From NCBI RefSeq assembly GCF_001194135.2, contig NC_068981.1:41474748-41538747 (forward strand): a DNA stretch of 64,000 nt. Direction: 5' to 3'. Each line of letters begins with the position of its first letter. Within the stretch, counting starts at the first letter, position 1. Under the pieces are notes generated by a model. The model did no database searches and was not told the origin of the DNA. It worked only from the letters and a program-made list of their open reading frames with translations. Below are positions 11,761 through 23,748 of this stretch, in pieces. The translations under genes and the position numbers were made by a program. This DNA comes from Octopus bimaculoides. Taxonomy: Eukaryota.

Positions 11761-14700
11761 ACAATCCTGTGCACAAAGCGCCTGTACAACGCCACATAAA
11801 AGCACCTGTGCAGTATCACATTAAAGCTCCCAGCACACTCTGTAAAGTGATTGGTGTTGGGAGGGCCATCCAACTATAGAAACCATGCCAAATTAGACTG
11901 GAGTCTGGGGCAGCTTGCCAACTCTGGTCAAACCATTCAACCCAAGCCAGCATGGACAACAGATGTTAAATAATGATGAGGATGATGATGGAGACCAATA
12001 TATTTTTTTAGTGGCTACCAAGACTGTACCACAAAACTTGTGTTTACTGTTTCTTACATTTTTAAGTTTTAGAGTTCTGACTATATATCTCAGAAGTTGC
12101 ACTCAATACATACACACAGGCATACTAAAGCATTCACTCAACATTGCTCTACATCCACAAGTCTACAATCGGAGAAAGTCCTCTCTGTATTCTGTACTGA
12201 TGCTACATCTGTTCTTTTAAATTTGTCAACTCTGAATTGCGTTAATGGACAGCTATCAGATATAAATGTGGTTTCTTGCTGTAGTGTAGCCAGGTTCTAA
12301 AGGTAGTGGTGAGGAAGCAGATAAAAAAAAAGACATCATGACACATACCAAATAATTTTTTATTCATTTCTCTTATATTACTCGAAATATTCCATTAGTT
12401 ATAATATACATAAGTGTATTCTACAGTTGTTAATTTCATGTTTCAGTAACAGTGTCATTATATATGAAACTTACAACTACTGATATAGGCGTGATATGAA
12501 AAGATGAAACTCCACAGGATTGTCCAGTGTCAAGAGGTTATGACATTAGGGTTTGTTATAGTTCTTCAGATGTCAGTGGCCACCAACATATCACAGGAGA
12601 TTGAGCAGACAGTTCAAAAGCACAGGAGGCTGGTCAAATAAAGTAATGATTGCCAAAAGTTCTTCCAAGGCCATGTGATTAACAAAAAAAAAAAGATTCA
12701 ACTTTTACCTTACAAGTGAACTAAAGAGTTAAAAAGAAAATTGTTGAAAAGGCACCAGTTATGAAAAATGTGCTCATGGGGAGTGGTTGCTCCCCTTCTC
12801 TCTTATTAGTTATGCCACTGGATTCTTGATATGTTCATGAGTTTATAAATTTAAATGAGATTATCACCATTCATTAAGATCATTATGTAAAATAATTGTT
12901 TTAATAATTTTTATTTGTAATTTGTTTTGTTGTCTTTACCGGGGTTTTGAACACTTTGATGCCAACCTCTTGTTGTAAAAGTTACCATTCTAGATCCATG
13001 TATATCTGAGTGATATTTATTATCAAAGAAGAATAAATATTTATATTCATTTGAAAAAACAACCACAAAGTTCTCAAACTTTGAACAAAGAACATAAATA
13101 TATAAGTACTTTGTTGTCTTGATACATTTCACTATTTTGTTTAAGTAAATGTTTATCTCCACTATAAACATGGTGACCTAATGTTGCTCTCTCTTTCTCT
13201 CTCTCTAAACTTCCTTCTAAGAAATCCTTTAATTAAAGAGATGCAGCCAATCATACAAGCTAGTCACTGTAATTACTGTGTAAATGTTCTTTGTAGTTTG
13301 TTTCAATTTCTATTATTCACACATTAAAAACAATGAGAGTAGTGAGTGGGGTGTTCTACCATTCATGCTTTGAAACATTTATCTTTTAGTTCTTTATATT
13401 TTTTATATTGAATACTTTTTTTTATATAATTTTACAAATCTTACTGCTTTTCTTTCTTTTTTTTATTTTTTAAGATTTACTAAAGAATGTATAGTGTAAA
13501 GAGTATATAATTTCAATGACATTAATTTCTAAGAACTATTGTGTCCTCTACCATAGCTGGTTCCATAGGCCAGTTATAAAGAAGAAATTGTAAGTGAAGC
13601 AAGTAACTCTGTCCTGTGAAAAAAAAAAAGAATTTACAACAGAATCTGTAAGGGAAAATTATCCTGGTGAAGGAAAAATCACTGTTCATAACATGTGAAC
13701 TTTGATGATTTGAATTTCCAGCAATAAAGTAGCAAACATGTTTTTCATTGTCATCAACTACAAGCTATATAGGAGTTTTCAGTCACTCAACCTGCTAAAA
13801 ACAGCACCAAAATCTCCCTCTAAACACATTTTATCATCTTAGATAGGAAAAGGACTCATTAAATTATGCAGTCTCGCATTCTTCTAAAAAGACTGCATAG
13901 TCATGTTGAAATGCACTTTTGAGCAGAAGTCTGCTCTCTCGGGTTTGACTTGGAACTAAACAACTATATTAGGCAAGAACTGACACCACTGGTGTTTGAC
14001 TCCTAAGGGCTTGATTTATAATTAAGGTAGTCAAACCATGAAAACAATATCTATTTAAAAAAATTTTTGATATAAAACAGTAGAATATGGTTTGAGATTT
14101 GGCTACTGTTTTTAGCTGGTCAATGCCAACAGTGGCTTTGTTGCATTCAAAAGAAACGTAAAAATGTTCTGTCTGTACAAGCTGAGTATGACAGTGCATA
14201 TAATGATGAAATCATGCAGATTGATACCATTTCTTTTGAATAGCCACACCAGTTCACATACCTTGACAGTTTACAGATGAGTGACAACTTCCAAAACATT
14301 GTTGGGCTTCAAGTTCTTGTTGCTTACTCAAATCAATATTTAATTGTTCATGTTGACCAGATATCTGTAAGTCTTAATCGGAGGAACAACTTTCTGCCTA
14401 AACCTCAATCTGCTACCAAGTCAACCATCAACTGTCAGTTGTAGAACATGGTCGTTGAATACCACAAGTCAACAAGTTATCAACAACAGGACAAGTACCA
14501 CAAGCCAACCCTACTATCAGCAACATAAAATAGTCGTTTAATATTCACTGTATAGTAGAAGCCACAATTCATTTTTAAACAATGCAAAGTCTGTAAACAT
14601 GGCTTTAATGGATCATCCTGGAGATGATCAATAGTAAAAAGTGTTCAAAATATATGTTACTCTACTCTGTCAACCTATAAACACACCAACCAATAAGACA

Positions 14701-15485
14701 TTCTTTATGCAATCACTCCACCTACAAGAAATAGCAACCACATCTACTTCAAACCACACCCTACCATCTTAAATAAATAATATTACACTGGATATTTCTG
14801 GTATGCAAAGACACAAAAGTCAAGGCAGGAAAACTTTTGATTATAGGTGTGCTTGATCAGAACTGATTTGAAGCTAAACAACAACTAAATATTTAATCCT
14901 AGCACAAAGCCATTTGCAGAACTACGTTTGCATTCATGTAAAGATAGATGAAAATGTTTTGTTGTTTAGCTCACCTCTACCTTGATTGAGTTGACCTATG
15001 ATCAATAGCATTCCAGCCAGGATCTGATAGTCTTATTATTTAATCATAATATAAAGCGGTGAGCTGACAGAATTGTTGCCATACTGAACAAAATGCTTAG
15101 TAGCATTTCTTCAGGTTTTACATTCTGAGTTCAAATGTTGCTAAGGTTGAGTTTGCTTTCATTCTTTCAAGGTCAATAAAATAAGTACCAGTTGAGACAT
15201 CCATGTAATCAACTTGCCTCTTCCCCACAAATTTCAGGCCTTGTTCCTGATATATCTAAGACTGCATTATCCAATGTATTCGAGGATTGTGATTTGATGG
15301 AGATTTGGCTGCTATTTTCTTATAGGCCATTCAACTACTTAGAGGAGGCCTCCCTCTCTGACTTATTAGATTGCTGTATCCCTTGCACACCAGTGTGCAA
15401 AATTCTTTTTGTTGATAGTAACTCTAGTTCTGATCAATGAATCTAGAAATGACTTTGCATTCCACATCTGGCAGTATTTTTAAGT

Positions 15486-15690
15486 TACACTAGCCAGATA
15501 AAAAGTTCAAAAGCTGACCAACATATTCTCACGGAATGTAACCAAATGTGGTTTATTTTTCAACATAGCCCCCCCCCCTTGTGGTCCACACACTTCTTCC
15601 ATCAATGTTGCAGTGCTTGGATCTTGTTGGTCAAAGAAATCAACAGCAGATATGATGTCATCATTACTAGTTCCCAACCAAGTGTTTTTT
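15486..15690 (-). mobile_element. Mariner 3' end fragment
   Basis: SNDDIISAVDFFDQQD plus a frameshifted WKKCV-like tail and a TIR-like end. Confidence 0.75.
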
Positions 15691-16181
15691 TCAGCTACTT
15701 GGGTTAAAAGTGTGACCTGCAACTTGGAACATAACATTCATTTCTGTATATTATAAGATAGTACTATATTCGAGGAGGATGGTTGACAAAGTTTTTAGAA
15801 TGTCAGATAGATTGCTTTGTGGTAATTGTTTCAACTCTCTACACTCAAATTCTGCTAAAGTCAACTTTACCATTCATCTTTTTGGGATTAATAAAACACA
15901 CCAGTTCTGTTCTGGGATCAGTGTCTTTTTCACTCACTCTTACTTTTTGTCTATCTTCTCATCTGGAAGAAATCAGTTGTGGTCAAATCTAGAGAGAAAT
16001 GGGCTCTGTCATGCCTAAAAGGGGCCCCACAATAAACCCTGTGTTATGATGACACTTCTATGTCTCCATTAAGGAGTTGTGGGCCCAAGGCAAAGCAAGG
16101 TAATGTTATGTTAAGCTGACTTTTGTCATACCTTAAAACCCCATCAACAAAATTCATTGTTCTATATCTTAAATATTGTAA

Positions 16182-16392
16182 GGTGGCGAGCTGGCAGAAA
16201 CGTTAGCACACCGGGTGAAATGCTTAGTGGTATTTCGTCTGTCTTTACGTTCTGAGTTCAAATTCCACCAAGGTTGACTTTGCTTTTCATCCTTTCGGGG
16301 ATGATAAATTAAGTACTAGTTGTGCACTAGGGTTGATCTAATCAACTGACCCCTCCCCCAAAATTTTGGGCCTTGTACCTAGAGTAGAAAAG
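16182..16392 (+). mobile_element. Full-length tRNA-derived SINE with a perfect 19-bp TSD
   Basis: A-box-like TGGCAGAAACG, B-box GAGTTCAAATTCC; TSD TATATCTTAAATATTGTAA at 16163-16181 and 16393-16411. Related copies near 1215-1470(-), 10330-10545, 15055-15260, 45760-45900(-), 53990-54170. Confidence 0.9.
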
Positions 16393-17792
16393 TATATCTT
16401 AAATATTGTAAATGTTTCTTTTTTTTTCTGAACATTTATTAATGGTGGTTAATGACTGAAACATAATGGCCAACATATAAAAATATTAAAACCAATTTAT
16501 ATTTTACGATCATATAATTTTTTAAATTATAAATATTTTGGAATGGTCATTTCTCAAGAATAGTTAGAACAGTTACATATTTTGTTTTCTCTCGGGTATT
16601 GTGCATTGCTTTGGTGACCTCATTCTATAATATCAAATGACATTCTCTGTAATCACACTTTCCGAACTAAAGATGTTGAAAATTGACCTGAGTTACCCAC
16701 TTAATATCATAGCTTTGACAAGTGTTATTTTAATAACCCTTTAGGGATCTGACAGGAGTTAAGTAGTCCTTTGTATCTGCAATATTCAGGTCAGATGAAC
16801 TGAGAGTAATTGCAAATAACACTGAGCATTAGTCAGCTGTAGATTACTACCTTGTTACAATGTATGATTAAAAGTATCTGACAATAACTAATTGGGTCTC
16901 TTTTTGTCTATAAATGTTAACACCTTCATGTTATTAGGAAAAGTTTCTTCCCTGAGTACAGTTGACATAATTACAAAGCATAAGAAATAAATTTCAAATC
17001 AGCATTTGCGTTGTATATTTTTCAACTTAATGGTTAGTAGGTTAAATGTTAATCAATTCACTTCATGATCAAATTAGGCTAGTAATTGTGCTCTGCTCTT
17101 GGGTACAGTATGTAACTAACTGTATTTGCCTTTGACTACTTGGCTAACAACATACTCTTTCAGACTTACCCATGTCAATCCAAATCATGTAGATCTATAA
17201 CCAAAAGAATTCTTGTTGTGATCATTCCATCTTTTTAGGGGTGTATGAATTACACTGCATTATCTAATATATCCTTTCTTTATTTGAGACAGTAAGGAGT
17301 AATTTGGCTGCTACTTTTGGTAGGTCAAGTGACTATATAGCACTGGTATGAACACAGAGATGTGAAAGCATTACAAATTCTCCATCTTACAGAAATTCAC
17401 TTTAATTTAGTATGAAAAAGAAAATCATTTGTTTGAAGACTGTCTTTGATGTCTTTTTCTTTTCCAATATGTAAAAAGTTTCTAGAAATTAGGAAGTTTA
17501 CCATTTGCCATTACTGGTCATAAAAGTAGAAGCTCAAATTGAATAGAGACCACTTATTGAATGAAATATGACAATTTCTCCATACATTTTTTGGATAAAT
17601 ACTTAACAATTTGACTTTTAATACCATTATAAGAAATGTATATTTGATGTAGATTCTTGCTTTTCTTTTATAGTTGCCAACATCATTATCATTTTTCTAT
17701 ATGGCAGCAAGCTTTTATCTGCTTTCTTCTCTCCTTCACTAGAACCTCCTCAAATTATTGCAAAAATAATCTGTAATTTCATATAATTTCAG

Positions 17793-17968
17793 ACTAAAAA
17801 AAGCTGACTTTCCAGTCAAACTATTACCACATGTCAAAGAATCTGGTTCTAGTGCAGGAAATCTAAAGTGTGACTGGTTCTCAATTCCAAAAGGAATTCC
17901 AGTGCTTGTTGCTTTAGGGGATTTACAATGTGCTATCAGATCCACTATAAAAGATAAAGCAGATGCAG
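17793..17968 (+). CDS. SHPK: SHPK internal exon (176 nt)
   Basis: tttcag|A CTA AAA...GCA G|gtttgt; encodes LKKADFP...ALGDLQC...DA. Confidence 0.9.
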
Positions 17969-20900
17969 GTTTGTCACATTTCTTTCTTTATTTCAGTCTA
18001 GGTTATGTTAAGCAAGAACTAAATTATTCATTTGACAGACAAAGGATGAAGTCATTAAAACAATTTGAAAAGTTGAGGGTTTATATTATCACCAGATTCC
18101 TTGACAGAGGTACTTAACTATCAATAACCAAAACCATGTTGTAGTAAAATAGGTGTAAAGTGCAGCCAAATCTTACTTAAATTATCCCAAATCACCTTAA
18201 TGTTTTAAGAAGCAGAAGGACAAATTGGATAATGCAGTTCTAAATACACTGGGGAATATATCTGGATTGGTGAAGGGCAAGAGGATCACGTTTCACTTAA
18301 TCAGAACTGACCGAACAAAAATATAGATACTATCCGAAGGCAAATTCATTACTGTAATTGAGCACTATTTAATTTTATTCACAAGTCATTTCACTCACTT
18401 GCAGCGCTTAGCTCAAATTCTTCCATTCCAACTGTAGGTAGTTTTATTGGAGGTGGGGTGGGGGGCTTAATGTGATTGCTAATTTTGTAAAAACTACAGG
18501 AATGAATTTTTGGAATTTGGCAATAGATTTTAATTTAATAATGCATCATGTTAAAATGTTCTCATATATAGAAAATACAATAAAATCATTGAAAACTGAA
18601 GACTATAAACTAAAAATTTCAATTGTTTCATCTTTTTTTTTTTACAATATTAACTAAAAGATGACCTATGTTTAAGCAAAATTGTTTAAAAAAAAAAAAA
18701 AAAAAAAATTATTGCAAGCTTAAAAAAAATATCATTATGCTACCCTTTATTGTAATTGTTTGTATATTTAAGTAAGGCGTTGTTAATCATGCAGGTTAGT
18801 GACTTTTCATCACCATTGTCATCATTTTATGTATGCTTTTCATACCTGAATGGGTTTTAACAGGGTCCAATGGGTCACAGGACTACATCTTGGTCCAATG
18901 TTTCAGTTTTACCATAGTTTCTATTGCTGGATGCCCTTCCACTTTTTAGAGTTTATTGGTTGCATGAGAATCTGTCTAATCTGCACCAGCATGGAAAATG
19001 GCCATGAAATTATGATGACAAACATTTTTAGCTTTTTCTTGATTTTTAGTTTCATCTGTATTTTCCAACCATCATTGCGAAAATACCAAAGTTATGTAGA
19101 AATGATGGATCTTTTTTAAAACGGGGGCCACACTTTTCATTAATGTTTTACGTAGTGTTTTTGGTACCGAAAGACTTTCAAACTTCGTATACTTATCTAT
19201 TTTGTGTTATAGAACAGAAAAATATTTTTGTATTCGAATTTATTTCATGTAAAAAATTGTCTTATTTTGATAATTTCAACCAATCACTGACAAGTATCCA
19301 GCTGTTTACATTTACTCCTTTGGCTGATTAAGCCATAGCTTCGTTTTTATTTGCTTTTTTCATTTTAAATTTTCTTTTTTTTCTTCTTCGTTTTATTTGC
19401 TTTTTTCTTTTTAAATTTGCTGTTTTACCCTAACCCTAATCCTATCACCGATAGAATTGTTTCAGAATCGTTTGTTTATGTAGTCGGCACTTAATGTATA
19501 TCGGCTGAATGGACGTCAGTGATTGGTTGAAATTACAGAAATACAACAACTTTAACATGGAATAACTTAGTCTTCTTAAAAAAAAAGAAATCCCTAAGAG
19601 AAAAAGATGTTTTATATGACACATTCTACCAGTATTCCAAGTTTCAAAGTGTTTCGTTAATGAAAAATGTGGCCCCCGTTTTAAAAAAGATCCGAAACGA
19701 TCAAATTGATTAAATTTTCTGTTCAATAAAAGCACATTTTATTTAATACAAAATTAAAACAAAGAAGTATCTTCTTAAATGTGTTTTGTGAGTTGCAGTA
19801 TAATATTAAAAGAAAATATAAAATGTTATCTCAACAATTTAATGTAATTATGGAGAATATTATTTACTTTTTAATTTTTTCCCCCCTTTTTATTCAGTTC
19901 TTAACATCAGTACTTCAACTCAGTTGGGATTTCCCATATCCTTGAAAGGTTTCAAACCTCCACCAACCAACCCAGAAAATGCCATTGAATATTTCCCATA
20001 TTTTGGCAACACATACATTGCAACAGTTGCTAGTCTTACTGGGGGCAGTGTGATGGCTAACTTTGTGAAAACTCTGCAGGAATGGTTTTCGGAATTTGGT
20101 AATTGATTTCAAATTGTTATTTTTATACATATTTTATGATAATATTTACAAATAGTAATATCAGGCGTTAAACAGATCATGTTCTAACTCACTGCTAGTA
20201 CTTTATTGAATATTCAGTCCAGAAATACACTATCTCAGATCCAGTAATTATTAGAATAGGTATCAAATCATCAAAAAAGGTTCAACTTCAGACCTGTATC
20301 CAATAATCATTTCAGTTCATCTTGCCATTGGATTTGGGCTTTGGCTCTGATTACAGGCCGAATGTGGTGGCTGATATGCAACTGCTCATTCTGTATTCAA
20401 CTCATACCTAGGCTTCCACCACTAGATAGATATCTTTAAATATTATAGGTCTCTCATCATTTCTCCACAAACCACAGGAATTCAAAAAGCCAGTAATTAG
20501 TTGTAGATAGTTTAGTTCAATACATAAAGTCTCTCACAAAAAAACTGAGAATAGTATGTTCTCCAAGTAAAGAGACCAAGTTATGTACAACGTGGTTTAA
20601 AGAATCAATCAAACACTGAGTCACCATCTCTGAAACAATTTATTTTTTAAATCTTAATCATTCAATTAAAAATGAAGAATTATATTGATTTCTATAGATA
20701 AGTATCCTGATATTTGTATTATCAGGATGTAGCAAATTACTGTCTGTTTTTAAAAGCAGCAGCCTTGTGACTATTTTAATTAGACTTAGAATTTCTACTG
20801 GCGTTCTAACTTTACAACCAACATGGCAATCTCTATGCAATTCCTTAAGCTCCCAGAAATATGAGTTCAAATATCCTCAAATCACACCCTACCATTTAAG

Positions 20901-21563
20901 AAAAATAAACATTGGACATCATACAAAAAGACAGGGTGATCTTGACTGGATGCCTTGCTCATAGCTCTACTTGATCGGAGATGACCCTTGGCCTAAAAAA
21001 CTATGAACATATCCTTTTAGTTTCCAATGCGCCATGACTGCCATCATGTTAGTTTATAGAGTTCCTTCCTTTCGCAGAAAGTAGGCTAAAATTATCTCAT
21101 TTACTACTCTAATTAGATGTTTTAGTTAACCTACATTGTTTTTTTTTTTTATATAGGTGTACAAGTAGAAGAAGAACAAGTCTGGAAAAAGCTTATAAAG
21201 CTTGCTGAAAAAGTACCAAATACTGACCTCCAGATTATACCAACTTTACAAGGGGAGCGCCATAAGCCAGATCAACGTGGCAGTGTAGCTGGACTTAACA
21301 TGAATAATATGTCTCTTGGAAAAGTGTTTCGAGCTTTGTGTAGTGGTCTTGTTCAGAATTTGCATGAGATGATGCCAAACACTTACCTAGAAGATCATGG
21401 CATTAAACGGATCATTGCAAGTGGTTCTGGTGTGACTAAAAATCCTATTGTTCAACAAGAAGTTAAAAAGTTTTACAAGACTCCAATGGTCAATGGTGAT
21501 CGCTGTGATTCTGCCTTAGGAGCTGCATTATGTGCTATTAATTCCTGTAATAGTTCACACTGA
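17793..21563 (+). CDS. SHPK: Sedoheptulokinase (FGGY carbohydrate kinase family), 3' part of gene; three exons, 5' exons not found in window
   Basis: Spliced translation LKKADFPVKLLPHV...WFSIPKGIPVLVALGDLQCAI...DA/VLNISTSTQL...YFPYFGNTY...ASLTGGSVMANFV.../GERHKPDQ...RALCSGLVQNLHEMMP...ASGSG...DSALGAAL is colinear with SHPK/CARKL as I know it. GT-AG sites and phases (2/1,1/1,1/stop) are consistent. Confidence 0.93.
18424..18535 (+). pseudogene. Decayed duplicate of the 3' half of SHPK exon 19898-20098
   Basis: cattccaactgtaggtagttttattgg...tgtgattgctaattttgtaaaaact..caggaatg..ttggaatttggcaat aligns with 20016-20115; has indels and the donor GT is changed to GC. Confidence 0.8.
19107..19693. 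mobile_element. 587-bp MITE with long imperfect TIRs, GG termini and 8-bp TSD
   Basis: Terminal 26 bp GGATCTTTTTTAAAACGGGGGCCACA is perfectly inverted at the right end; inner inverted AATTTCAACCAATCACTGAC; TSD gaaatgat/gaaacgat. Confidence 0.85.
19898..20098 (+). CDS. SHPK: SHPK internal exon (201 nt)
   Basis: ttattcag|TT CTT AAC ATC AGT...TTT G|gtaatt; LNISTS...YFPYF...ASLTGG. Confidence 0.92.
21157..21563 (+). CDS. SHPK: SHPK terminal coding exon
   Basis: poly-T atatag|GT GTA CAA...; GVQVEEEQVW...GERHKPDQ...SALGAAL...SSH-TGA. Confidence 0.93.
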
Positions 21564-23712
21564 ATTGGGACAGGCTTTTATTATATAATACAATGATTTC
21601 ATAAAGGAAATTAAATTGTGAAATTTATTTCAGAAATACCACAAAGGGTTCTACTGTATTTTACAGGGAGTTGTTGAATACGTAAGCAGAAAAGTAAGTT
21701 ACTATAAAGTTTTATAGTCATAATACTTACAATTTATCCAGTTAACAATTCAAAATCCTTAACAAAACTGTTTTATTTACATAAATCTATTGTATTACCA
21801 AGGCAAGAAATACGTTTTTTAAGACAGAAAATATAAAATAACATTAAACAAATGTAATTATAAATGAAATAATTTTCCCCCTTGCACTTTCTATTGACAA
21901 TTTTCCATTGAAAAATCAGTCACAGTATTGCAGTATCATTTCATTTGTCCTCACTACATTGTGGAATATTGAGTTTAGTATTTTCTATGAAATATCATAA
22001 CTTTATATTTTATGGGACTCATTCTGAACAAATGTTATAAAATGAATTTAGGGTTGGTATTTCAAAACAAATCATATCTTTTGAATTTTCATTTGTAGAA
22101 TAGTGTATCTTATCACACCAAATTTACTTTTCTCATTTGAAATGTCTTTTTAAAATGACTTATAAAATCCTCTTTAGATTATTTTAAAAATTCTTATTTA
22201 CATTCCTTTCATTGTATTACAATTTTTATGGCCAATATTCACAACTAGATGATGATAACCAAAGATTCTTCTGAACAACCATGAACATTATCGTTATTGT
22301 GTATTGATCCATATAGCTACTCTTTCATTTGATTCAATTTTAGCATGAACTTTCTTATCCAATTTAGATTTTCAAAGTTGTTCTGTCATGCAAAACATTC
22401 TTTATCTCAGTGACCCTTTTGGATTGATGCTAAGATCTTTTTCATTAGTTCTCTGCAATACCTACATCTCTTTCCAAACTGGAGATAAAAAGATGAAATT
22501 TAATTTGACTTGTGGATTAGTGGTTTCTATTAAAAAATAGTTTCTGGAGAGTGTAATTTTGAGGCAGGGCTGGTAGAAGTTTTTACTTTAAGAACATGGT
22601 GCAAGTATATCAAGTGGATTTAAACAGAGCATAGTCTGCAAATTCAAATTGAAAGAATCAGTATCCTACACACAGAAACAATGGAATACTACACAAACAT
22701 TTGCAAATGATACACCAAGTCTAATTTGTCTCCTAACAACATGAGAGATCCCCTACCAGATAATGTTTTAAAAGGAAAAATATCTGTGAAAGGAAACAAT
22801 GACACTAGTAACATTGATTTTAATATTAAACATTATAATAGAAGTTTTGACTGACTGTTTCTTCAGGTGTAATCTGAAGCTTATAGTTTGAACTATATCT
22901 CATAACATTCACTACATTTAGAGATTGTATCTTTAGCCTGTATACATGGCCGAGGATTTAAATATGGAGGGATTTAAGGATGTGGTATGTTCCACTATTT
23001 CATCACAGCAGGTTTCAGAGAGCATTGCCACTCTCAGTAACAGTGAGCTGAATTGAAATGTCATCAAGACACATTTTTTACAAGGCAGATAATGAAAGAA
23101 CACAAAGACAAAAGAACTGTGTCAAAGGTACAGATATATATTTTCATTTAATATAACAGTATGTTTATTTAACTTTTTTTTTATTAATTCTACAAAAGAG
23201 CAAGATTCAAAGTGAATGATAGTCTAAAGAAGTAATTACAATGGGTGAATAGACAGAAACATTAGTAATATGTGGATGTTGTTCAGATAGAAATTGAGAT
23301 CAAGTTTGTCACATAGAAGACACTTAGACATGTCTTCATTCAACAAATGTGAAATTTATTTAAAATTTTACTTCTCCAATCTAATGTTTTTTTATCTTAA
23401 TAATTTAGTTGACAATCAAATACAAATGGAGGTCTTTTTTTTTCTCTTTTTCTGGTATAAACAAATTAAACTTGAGAGGGGAAAAATATAATGAACATAT
23501 GTAAAGTCAAACAAATAAATTATAATCTCTCAATGATATGATTTATATAGCTTTCAAGTTTTAATGTTCATACTGTAAATTCAGTTTGCCACTCTGTTAA
23601 AACAAAAGAGTAAAACATTAAATATGAAAGCATGATTAATATGAATATTATACATACATCAATAATACATTAACATTTGTATGTTCTTACATGTCACACA
23701 AGTCCTGATGCT

Positions 23713-23748
23713 TCAAAAGATGGTAGCCTGAGAAGGTAAATTTATTAT
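23713..23748 (-). CDS. DNA2: DNA2 terminal coding exon ([11 protein letters not shown])
   Basis: Follows an AC acceptor; resembles the vertebrate DNA2 C-terminal IIDLP motif as I recall it. Confidence 0.88.
   Translation of the reverse strand: MINLPSQATIF

Noticed and set aside
12570-12640. MSVAT peptide resembling SHPK LSVATG
   Set aside because: Similarity does not extend and the frame closes quickly.
13475-13589. Strong acceptor plus GTAAGT donor on plus, as a possible SHPK exon
   Set aside because: Stops in all three frames and no SHPK similarity.
16182-16270. tRNA-like A/B boxes
   Set aside because: SINE heads, not tRNA genes: no cloverleaf, and they continue into the SINE body.
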